Shown one piece after another: positions 25,017 to 32,000 of a stretch of DNA of 32,000 nt; position 1 is the stretch's first letter; the number at the start of each line of letters is the position of its first letter. The position numbers and the translations under genes are program-made. The DNA comes from Idiomarina loihiensis L2TR. GTDB taxonomy: Bacteria > Pseudomonadota > Gammaproteobacteria > Enterobacterales > Alteromonadaceae. Under the pieces are notes generated by a model, which was given only the letters and a program-made list of their open reading frames with translations, searched no databases and was not told the origin of the DNA. The stretch is taken from contig NC_006512.1 in NCBI RefSeq assembly GCF_000008465.1, positions 2,640,001 to 2,672,000 of the forward strand. The letters run 5' to 3'.

Positions 25017-27629
25017 ATGAAATCAAAGTTCTTTACGTTATCAACTATTGCCGCTGGGCTTATCGCTGCATCGGCATCCCCAGCTCTGTTAGCCAATGAT
25101 GCTAGCTCCGAGCTGGAACGCATTAGTGTTACGGGTTCCTACATTAAACGGGCCCAGAATGAAGACGCCACGCCGTTGCAAATTATTGATGCCAGCGACA
25201 TATCGGCCAGTGGTGAAATTACGCTCACAGACTTGCTGCGTGACTTAACGGTGAATACCGGTAACAGTTACGACGAGCAATACACCAGCAGCTTTTCGGC
25301 GGGTTCGGCTTCGGTTGGCTTACGCGGCTTAAGCCCCAAAAACACGCTTATTCTGGTGAATGGTCAGCGGGTGTCTAACTACGGTTTTGCGTTGGGGACT
25401 CAGGATACCTTCGTTGACTTAAACGCGTTACCTTTAGGCGCGGTGGAGCGCATAGAGGTACTGAAAGACGGCGCTTCCGCAGTATATGGCTCGGACGCTA
25501 TTGCCGGGGTTATCAACATTATTCTACGCAACAACGTACAAAGCACTCAGTTCCGCGCGGGTGTCGGCGGTGCCAGCGAAGGTTCATTAACGCAATACAG
25601 TGCGGGCGTTATCAGCGGGTTTGGCGACATAGCAGGCGACGGCTATAACCTGACATTCAGCTACGACTACCTGACCCGCGAGCGTTTAAACGCCGATGAC
25701 CGCGACTTTACTCGCTCGGGTGACTTTCGCGACAAGCCCGGCGGGCGTTTGTCTGGCTGGTCGTCGCAGGGCGGTAATTATTTAAGTGATCCGCAAAACC
25801 CTCAGGCTTTTGAGAACTGCCCGGGCATTTCTGAGAAAAGAGACCGAAGCGATTTTACCCCTGGCGCAGACGGCCAGGTGTGCGCCTTTAACGCTCAGCC
25901 ATACAACACGCTGCAGCCGGAAGTTGAGCGACACCAGTTCTCACTACAGGGCACTTTGCAGCTTACCGAGGACATACAGGCGTACAGTGACTTTCTGTAC
26001 AGCAATAACCGTTCAAGCCACGTGTTTGGCGCGCCGTTAAGTGTCGGTGCCGGACTGCGGGCTTACAATGAGGAAACCGGCAGTTTAGTCGATATTCCGG
26101 TGGAATTACCGGTCGGGCATCCGGATAACCCGGGTTCAGAGGCCTTACCTTTTGAATACACCTTTTTTGATGTAGGCGAGCGCGTAAAAGCCAATAAACA
26201 AGACTTTCACCGCTTTCTGGCCGGTGTTAATTACCGGGGCTTAGACTGGGACTGGTCAGTTAACGTGCTGAATTCACAAAGCCGCCAGCGCGAGTACGTT
26301 GATAACTTTATTAACCGCTACACTTTTGAAGATATGCTGGCCAGCGGCGAATATGACTTTTTTAACGGCAACAATGACCCGGCAACCATTGAAGCGTTGC
26401 GCATTGATACGCGTCGTCCGGGCTTTTACGAGCTAAACAGCATTAACGCTAATGCCAGCACCATTTTAAAAGAGCTAGATAACGGCCCGCTAAGCGTTGC
26501 CTTTGGGGTCGACTGGCGTGAAGAAGAAATGGATGCGGGAACTTCACCGGAAGTGTTATCGGGCACCGAGCTGCGCCCGGCTATCAACCTGGTTAAAGGG
26601 AAGCGACAAGTTGCGGCAGGCTTTGTTGAGCTGGACGTTCCTGTTGTCGAGAACCTGAACGTAAACCTGGCCGGCCGTTATGACCATTATGATGATTTTG
26701 GCTCAGCCTGGTCACCTAAAGTGGCGTTTCACTATGTATTAGGCGACGATTGGCTTCTGCGCGGCTCGTGGTCACGCGGCTTCCGTGCACCATCGCTACC
26801 GGAAATTGCAGAAAGCAACACCATCAGTTATGGCTCGGTTATAGACCCTAACGACCCTATTAATCCGGGCGCGAGTCGTGGTTTCACGCAAGTGCGTACA
26901 GGTAACTCTGAACTCGATGCCGAACGCTCAACCAACCTCAATGCCGGTATTATCTGGTCTCCGCAAAAAGGTGCCAGCATTGCTGTCGATGTATTCGAAA
27001 TTGAGCAGGACGATATTATTGCCCCCGACAACGCGCAGTTTATTGTCAATAATGAAGGCCTGTACGCAGACCGCATTCAGCGCGACGACGCCGGGCGACT
27101 GCAAATTATCAGCAACCAATACCGCAACCAGGGCACCCGTTCCACCCGCGGCTTCGATATTGATGCGAATTACCAAGTGCAGTTAAACAACTCGACGCTT
27201 CAGTTTCAGAGTACCTGGTCACGGCTTTTAGAATACAAGCAGGCCTTAGTTGCCGGTCAGGAACCTACTGACGGCGCTGGCAGTAATATATTAGGCGCAT
27301 TGCCTAAGTGGAAAGGTAACAACCAACTGCGCTGGCTTATTAGCGACTGGCAATGGGGCGTCAGCCTCAACTACACCAGTAGCTATGAGCAGCAGGTGGC
27401 CACGCAAAGCAGTAACCCGGGTTTAGATGAAAAGGTCGACAGCTACTGGCAGGTTGACTCGCAGCTGGTTTATCAGGGTTTTGGTGACACTCAGCTAACC
27501 CTGAATATCAGCAACCTGTTCGACGAGCAGCCGCCGTTTGATCCGGCTGGCGGAGCCTACGGATACGATATGACCCAGTACAATCTGCGCGGTCGTACAG
27601 CTAACCTATCTATTGTTCACAATTTTTAG
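25017..27629 (+). CDS. TonB-dependent outer-membrane receptor (large, substrate unknown)
   Basis: I chose the ATG at 25017 (GAGG 6 nt upstream), giving MKSKFFTLSTIAAGLIAASASPALLA as the signal peptide. Plug motifs are RGLSPKNTLILVNGQRV and ERIEVLKDGASAVYGSDAIAGVINIIL. The C-terminus ends in the barrel motif NLSIVHNF with a terminal Phe. Confidence 0.92.
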   Translation: MKSKFFTLSTIAAGLIAASASPALLANDASSELERISVTGSYIKRAQNEDATPLQIIDASDISASGEITLTDLLRDLTVNTGNSYDEQYTSSFSAGSASVGLRGLSPKNTLILVNGQRVSNYGFALGTQDTFVDLNALPLGAVERIEVLKDGASAVYGSDAIAGVINIILRNNVQSTQFRAGVGGASEGSLTQYSAGVISGFGDIAGDGYNLTFSYDYLTRERLNADDRDFTRSGDFRDKPGGRLSGWSSQGGNYLSDPQNPQAFENCPGISEKRDRSDFTPGADGQVCAFNAQPYNTLQPEVERHQFSLQGTLQLTEDIQAYSDFLYSNNRSSHVFGAPLSVGAGLRAYNEETGSLVDIPVELPVGHPDNPGSEALPFEYTFFDVGERVKANKQDFHRFLAGVNYRGLDWDWSVNVLNSQSRQREYVDNFINRYTFEDMLASGEYDFFNGNNDPATIEALRIDTRRPGFYELNSINANASTILKELDNGPLSVAFGVDWREEEMDAGTSPEVLSGTELRPAINLVKGKRQVAAGFVELDVPVVENLNVNLAGRYDHYDDFGSAWSPKVAFHYVLGDDWLLRGSWSRGFRAPSLPEIAESNTISYGSVIDPNDPINPGASRGFTQVRTGNSELDAERSTNLNAGIIWSPQKGASIAVDVFEIEQDDIIAPDNAQFIVNNEGLYADRIQRDDAGRLQIISNQYRNQGTRSTRGFDIDANYQVQLNNSTLQFQSTWSRLLEYKQALVAGQEPTDGAGSNILGALPKWKGNNQLRWLISDWQWGVSLNYTSSYEQQVATQSSNPGLDEKVDSYWQVDSQLVYQGFGDTQLTLNISNLFDEQPPFDPAGGAYGYDMTQYNLRGRTANLSIVHNF

Positions 27630-27644
27630 CGGAAAATATCAGCA

Positions 27645-27677
27645 GGGTCAGAAAAATTTCTTCTGACCCTATTTTGT
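27645..27677 (+). terminator. Rho-independent terminator after the TonB-dependent receptor
   Basis: GGGTCAGAA-aaatttc-TTCTGACCC is a 9-bp perfect stem followed by TATTTTGT. It lies 16 nt after the stop codon. Confidence 0.75.
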
Positions 27678-27745
27678 AAACGTGTGATCTAAACACCCTT
27701 CTTACGCTATAGTACAAGGAGTCTTAATAAAGGAAGCTTGCGCTT

Positions 27746-28777
27746 ATGAAAAAATGGATCTGGATAATTGCATCGGGAGTTACCGCACTAGCGGCGGTTA
27801 ATGTCCAGGCGCAAGAACTGTCTGATATGCAGCAATGTCTGCTGGATGAAATGAACAACACTAAGGCTGACGCCACCATTGCGGATATTCGCTCTACCTG
27901 CGAAGAACAACTGCGGTCAGCTGAGAATGACGAAGATATAGTGGAAGTCGATGCGGTTGAAGACCCCGGTGCTTTAACCAGCCGCATGAAAAGCGAACAA
28001 GTTACCCAGTTTGACCCTTATGTATTAACACCGCACCGTCGTAACTATTTATTACCCGTTATTACCACGAACAACATTAACCGCCTGCAATATGCCGATG
28101 TTGAAGGTTACGAGCAGAACCTGGAAGACTATGAAGCAAAGTTCCAATTAAGTTTCAAAGTGCCTTTTAACAAAGAAAGTTTGCTGTTTGAAGACGACCA
28201 GTTGTTTTTTGGCTTAACCGTGCAGTCCTGGTGGCAGGTGTATTCCAGTAATATTTCTAAACCATTCCGCGAAACCAACTACATGCCCGAGGTTTTTTAT
28301 GCCACTTCAACCGGCTGGCACCCTTTTGGTACCAATACCGCGTTAGTTTTCGGTTTAGAGCATTTGTCTAATGGGCGTAGCCAGCCATTGTCACGCAGCT
28401 GGAACCGCGGTTACATGCAATTTGTGGTAGAAAAAGGCCGCTTCGTTTTCTCGCTGAAACCCTGGTTACGTTTTCAGGAAGACGCCAAAACAGACCCCAT
28501 GCAATCGAGTGGTGACGACAACCCGGATATTACCGATTACGTGGGTGACTATGAATTCACCACCGCCTATAACGATGGTGACTTCGAGTACATTCTCAGG
28601 CTCCGCCATGCCGTGGATACCGGCAGAGGGTCGGCAGAGCTTAACTGGACATTCCCTATTGGCGGGAAGTTTATTGGCTATACCTCAATTTTCACCGGTT
28701 ACGGAGAGAGCCTGATTGACTACAATCACAAGCAGACTCGCTTTGGTATCGGTATAGCCTTAAACAACATTCTATAA
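27746..28777 (+). CDS. pldA: Outer-membrane phospholipase A1
   Basis: 343 aa with a signal peptide (ALAAVNVQA). The catalytic HxSNG motif is LEHLSNGRS, followed by SRSWNR. The C-terminus is a beta-barrel. The N-terminus is about 40-50 aa longer than E. coli PldA. Confidence 0.9.
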   Translation: MKKWIWIIASGVTALAAVNVQAQELSDMQQCLLDEMNNTKADATIADIRSTCEEQLRSAENDEDIVEVDAVEDPGALTSRMKSEQVTQFDPYVLTPHRRNYLLPVITTNNINRLQYADVEGYEQNLEDYEAKFQLSFKVPFNKESLLFEDDQLFFGLTVQSWWQVYSSNISKPFRETNYMPEVFYATSTGWHPFGTNTALVFGLEHLSNGRSQPLSRSWNRGYMQFVVEKGRFVFSLKPWLRFQEDAKTDPMQSSGDDNPDITDYVGDYEFTTAYNDGDFEYILRLRHAVDTGRGSAELNWTFPIGGKFIGYTSIFTGYGESLIDYNHKQTRFGIGIALNNIL

Positions 28778-28781
28778 GGGT

Positions 28782-30797
28782 TTAGAAACTATAGGCGGCT
28801 GACAACCATAAGCGTCGGCCGTCTTCAACATAGCCGTACTCTTCTACACCAATTTCCTTGTCGAATAAGTTGTAAACACCCGCAGCCAGCTTTAAGTCAC
28901 GCGTAACAAAGTAGTTCACACCAAAATCCGCCAGTGTATAAGACGGCGCGACCAGAGAGCCCTGTGAAGGCCCGGTTGTCGGCTGGCTCTCTTCACCACG
29001 ATAATGCACACGCAACCAACTGTTCCAGCGCTTACCTGGCTTCCAGTTCAGTGAGGTTTGTACTAAGTGCTTAGGTAGCTGGTTTAATGGCTCACCTTTA
29101 TATTCACCCGATTTTTGCTCAGAGTCGGTGTAGGTATAGTTACCTTTCAGTGACCACTCCCGGCTGAAATGCGTACTTAAAGTCATTTCAATACCGCGAG
29201 TAACGGCTTCATCAATGTTAATTCGGGTGGTTGGCATAGAGCCAAATTGATTAGGCCCTGCATCGCAAATGCTTTCAGGACAGTCTACCCGGGTGATTTT
29301 GTCGTCAAACTCATTGTAGAACACGGTAATTGAGGTTGAGCTACGACGTCCCCAGTCTGTGTATAACCCTAACTCGTAGTTGGTCGACGTTTCAGCTTCT
29401 AAATCCGGGTTACCGTAAACGTTACCGCCGCGGCTGACTTGTCCCCAGTCAGCGGTTGTTTCACGCAGGCTTGGCGCACGGAACCCGGTAGAAACACCAC
29501 CTTTAATGGTTGTGGCATCGCTTAGAGTATAAACACCGTACACTCGCGGGCTCCAGTGTCCACCAAAAATGTCGTCATCGTCGTAACGAACACCAGTCGT
29601 CAGGTTAAAGTCATTGAATATTGGCCAGGCGGTTTCTGCAAAGGCGGACCATTGCGAGCCTTCAATGCGGTTACGATCACTTATCTGGTTACTGGTTAAA
29701 TCTTCCAGCTCTTCCTTTTGGTACGCCACGCCAAGATTCATAGAGCTCTCTTCAAGCAGTGGTACGTTCCAGTGACTCTGAAAATCGGTGTTTTTAATGG
29801 TCATAATACGCGCTTTGTTTTCATATTCATCGCGCTTTAAATAACTGCGGGCGCCCACCATACCCCACTGACCATTATGGGCAATGGACACGCTGGTATT
29901 ATCATATTCAGTGGTTGATGACTCCGGGCAGCCACGACGACCGCATTCCTCGCCCGGCGCCAGCGGCTCAATGGTTTTGCCGACAGAAGCGTCAATGCTT
30001 TGCTGAGCTGTACCCACTTCAAACAAAATTTCATGGTCGCGGTTTGGTGTGTAAGCCAGTTTTAAGTCGGCGTCTTCTGCGGTTTTATCCCGGTAGCCAG
30101 AAACAATTTCATCTTCCAGACGACGCGTATAACCGGCCGACAATTGAATGCCCAAAGTATCTTTAATTAGCGAGCCGGAGGTAAACAAGTTGGTCTGGTA
30201 ACTGTTGCCTGACTCCGAACGTTCCTGCAAGGTGCCATCAACGCGAATTTCCGAGCGCCATTCTTCCGGTGTTTTACGGGTAATGATATTGATAACGCCG
30301 CCTATTGCGTCCGACCCGTAAAGTGATGACATAGGCCCCCGTATAACCTCTATCCGGTCAATTGCCGCCAGCGGCGGTGTCCAGGCACCTTCAACGCCGG
30401 GGCCATCACTGTTTGGACGGGTTTCACGCGAGCTCTGGCGCTGGCCGTCGACCAAAATCAATGTGTAGTCGGCACCCATACCACGCAGGCTAATATCCTG
30501 GCGATCACCTCCGCCGGTCACGATAACGCCCGGGGCGTCAGTCATGGCGTCGGTTAAGTCTTTATAAAAACGCTGAGAAAGGTCTCTTCTGTCAATAACG
30601 GAGATTGAAGCGGGCGCTTCTTTCAAATGCTGAGCAACACCTGACGCCGTTACCACCATAACTTCCATATCTTTATGTTTATGATGTTTTCTTTTAGGCT
30701 TTTCTTGTTCCTGAGCCTGAGCCACGCCTACTGCTGATGCTACAGTTAATGCTAAAATGCTCAATTTTAAGCCGCTGATACTGCAATTCATGTTCAT
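28782..30797 (-). CDS. TonB-dependent catecholate-siderophore receptor, CirA/IrgA family
   Basis: 671 aa. The TonB box and plug region (MEVMVVTASG, APASISVI, YTLILVDGQR, IDRIEVIRGPMSSLYGSDAIGGVINIITRK) and the C-terminus (YVEDGRRLWLSAAYSF) are collinear with E. coli CirA as I recall it. A Fur box lies upstream. The start may be the second ATG at 30791, which has better spacing from AGGGGA. Confidence 0.9.
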   Translation of the reverse strand: MNMNCSISGLKLSILALTVASAVGVAQAQEQEKPKRKHHKHKDMEVMVVTASGVAQHLKEAPASISVIDRRDLSQRFYKDLTDAMTDAPGVIVTGGGDRQDISLRGMGADYTLILVDGQRQSSRETRPNSDGPGVEGAWTPPLAAIDRIEVIRGPMSSLYGSDAIGGVINIITRKTPEEWRSEIRVDGTLQERSESGNSYQTNLFTSGSLIKDTLGIQLSAGYTRRLEDEIVSGYRDKTAEDADLKLAYTPNRDHEILFEVGTAQQSIDASVGKTIEPLAPGEECGRRGCPESSTTEYDNTSVSIAHNGQWGMVGARSYLKRDEYENKARIMTIKNTDFQSHWNVPLLEESSMNLGVAYQKEELEDLTSNQISDRNRIEGSQWSAFAETAWPIFNDFNLTTGVRYDDDDIFGGHWSPRVYGVYTLSDATTIKGGVSTGFRAPSLRETTADWGQVSRGGNVYGNPDLEAETSTNYELGLYTDWGRRSSTSITVFYNEFDDKITRVDCPESICDAGPNQFGSMPTTRINIDEAVTRGIEMTLSTHFSREWSLKGNYTYTDSEQKSGEYKGEPLNQLPKHLVQTSLNWKPGKRWNSWLRVHYRGEESQPTTGPSQGSLVAPSYTLADFGVNYFVTRDLKLAAGVYNLFDKEIGVEEYGYVEDGRRLWLSAAYSF

Positions 30798-30810
30798 CCC
30801 CTAATGAATT

Positions 30811-30832
30811 ATAAATGCGAATTATTTTCATT
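30811..30832. promoter_or_regulatory. Putative Fur box in the receptor/LysR divergent promoter
   Basis: ATAAATGCGAATTATTTTC matches 12/19 of the GATAATGATAATCATTATC consensus. The region also forms the imperfect palindrome AATGcgAATtATTttCATT. It lies 14-35 nt upstream of the receptor start codon. Confidence 0.5.
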
Positions 30833-30864
30833 AGCGATTTTAACTGGTACTATGGAATCAGCAA

Positions 30865-30881
30865 TTTCAAAAATATTGAAA
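30865..30881. promoter_or_regulatory. Inverted repeat TTTCAA-N5-TTGAAA, candidate LysR-type binding site
   Basis: A perfect 6-bp-arm inverted repeat 24 nt upstream of the LysR ATG. It is compatible with a T-N11-A LysR box. This is pattern matching only. Confidence 0.3.
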
Positions 30882-30904
30882 GCTTCTTTAGCAGGACTTA
30901 AAAC

Positions 30905-31762
30905 ATGAATCCGAAAATGATTCGATCATTAAAAGCTTTTACCCGTACGGTAGAACTCAACAGCATGAGTGCCGCTGCAAATGAACTGCATATGACAGTG
31001 TCCGCTATTAGCCAGCAGTTGCAGCGACTGGAAAACGACAACGGAATTTCGCTTTTTCACCGCAATACGCGCTCGCTTTCACTTACCGAAGCTGGTCAGG
31101 TTTTTTACCAATCGTGCCTCGATATGCTCGCTATTGCAGCGAAAAACCAGGAACGTTGGGATCAATTAACGAATCAGCCGCAAGGGCAAATAAAAATTAT
31201 TGCGCCCGTGGGTTTTGGCGGCGGTTTACTAAGCGAACCCTTAAAACAACTACAACACGAGTTTGCTAACGTAAGCTTTCAGCTGCATATGACCGACGAG
31301 CCTATTGACCTCATTACCGCCGGGGCAGATCTGGCTATTCGCATTGGTCCGCTGGCCGATTCAACCTTATACGCCAGACATTTAGCAGACTGGCACATGG
31401 TTCCTTGCATTGCTGCTGAGCATCCTGCGGCTGAGAACTCGATAAAAAGCTTTGATGATTTACCCGAAGGTTGTTTTATTGGGCACATACCCAGCTTACC
31501 CAATAAGGATTTCCCCAAGCCAAAAGTGCTGCTGAACAACATGCAGACGGTCGTCCAGTTAACGCTTGATGGTGTTGGCTATGCGCTACTTCCGCAGCCG
31601 GAAATTAAGCATTATATTGAGAGTGGACGTTTACTGCGTTTGTTGCCTGAATGGGAAGGCAGCCCGTACAGTGTTCACGCGGTACTGCCAATTAAAGACA
31701 ACATACCGGCGAAGACTGAACGGACGATTGAAGTGCTAAGCCATTTCTTTCATCGACTGTAA
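30905..31762 (+). CDS. LysR-family transcriptional regulator (IrgB-like arrangement)
   Basis: 285 aa. The N-terminal HTH is FTRTVELNSMSAAANELHMTVSAISQQLQRLE. It is divergent from a Fur-box-bearing CirA/IrgA-like receptor, mirroring the Vibrio cholerae irgA/irgB arrangement. Confidence 0.88.
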   Translation: MNPKMIRSLKAFTRTVELNSMSAAANELHMTVSAISQQLQRLENDNGISLFHRNTRSLSLTEAGQVFYQSCLDMLAIAAKNQERWDQLTNQPQGQIKIIAPVGFGGGLLSEPLKQLQHEFANVSFQLHMTDEPIDLITAGADLAIRIGPLADSTLYARHLADWHMVPCIAAEHPAAENSIKSFDDLPEGCFIGHIPSLPNKDFPKPKVLLNNMQTVVQLTLDGVGYALLPQPEIKHYIESGRLLRLLPEWEGSPYSVHAVLPIKDNIPAKTERTIEVLSHFFHRL

Positions 31763-32000
31763 TGAATGTTCTACTTCACTTTCGCCTGCCATTAGGTCAA
31801 AAGCTCTCATCTCAGTGCCGCTTTCATCCAGGCAGCGGCGCAGCACACTGGCAACATCCTCACGCGGAATAGAACCCGGTGCCAGCGATTCGCCAACAAC
31901 CACTTTACCGGTTGCTTCTTCGTCGGTTAGCGCTCCCGGACGCACAATGGTCCAGTTAAGTTTGGTGCGCATTAACTCGCGGTCGGCGTAATGTTTGGCG
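31736..32000 (-). CDS. NAD(P)H-binding (atypical SDR / NmrA-like) protein, C-terminal part; gene runs off the window
   Basis: The frame stays open beyond the listed Met (upstream codons read AKHYADREL-MRTKLNWTIVRPGALTDE...). WTIVRPG..LTD is typical of the NAD(P)H-binding PF13460-type family. The 3' end overlaps the convergent LysR gene by 27 nt. Confidence 0.65.
   Translation of the reverse strand, partial: AKHYADRELMRTKLNWTIVRPGALTDEEATGKVVVGESLAPGSIPREDVASVLRRCLDESGTEMRAFDLMAGESEVEHSLQSMKEMA

Noticed and set aside
26828-27186. Three 82-102-aa ORFs on both strands inside the TonB-dependent receptor gene
   Set aside because: They are nested in a gene with clear plug and barrel motifs and have no independent features.
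1-32000. Search by eye for CRISPR arrays, tRNA/rRNA genes, IS elements, integrases, toxin-antitoxin pairs, and restriction or defence hallmarks (large ATPase/nuclease pairs, reverse transcriptases, etc.)
   Set aside because: I recognised none. dam here is the orphan housekeeping Dam in its conserved aroKB-damX context, not part of an R-M system. A proper check would be tRNAscan/Infernal, ISfinder and DefenseFinder/PADLOC runs.

Overview
This looks like a gammaproteobacterial chromosomal window. Gene order and protein motifs suggest a marine Alteromonadales- or Vibrionales-like organism, but I cannot determine the genus by eye. I support about 30 protein-coding genes. I recognised no rRNA, tRNA, CRISPR array, transposase, integrase or phage gene.

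The left half (1-16.3 kb) is a conserved housekeeping block:
- metJ divergent from metL.
- mrcA (PBP1A) divergent from a reduced Hof/Com-type pilM-pilN-pil(OP)-pilQ secretin operon.
- aroK-aroB-damX-dam, followed by tightly overlapping genes for an ElaA-like GNAT, rsmJ, a Prx5-type peroxiredoxin and a YhiN-family flavoprotein.

The right half (16.3-32 kb) looks more accessory and is more AT-rich in places:
- A LysE exporter divergent from an Lrp/AsnC regulator.
- An MFS transporter, an anchored amidohydrolase and a membrane-embedded AraC regulator.
- A divergent trio of AraC, AhpD-like and YrhK-like genes.
- A PAS-GAF-GGDEF cyclase, an 870-aa TonB-dependent receptor and pldA.
- A CirA/IrgA-like receptor with a Fur box, divergent from a LysR (irgB-like) regulator.

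I did not find a convincing defence island or an obviously novel multi-gene system. The best leads are:
1. A perfect 24-bp palindrome made of three MetJ met-boxes in front of the 870-aa TonB receptor.
2. An in-frame PilO-PilP fusion inside a minimal pilus/competence operon.
3. A 12-bp tandem repeat array in the mrcA/pilM divergent promoter.
4. An uncharacterised membrane-AraC / amidohydrolase / MFS module.
5. A DamX-like protein with a P-loop NTPase head.

All functional calls rest on motif recognition by eye and recalled family knowledge. No searches were run.
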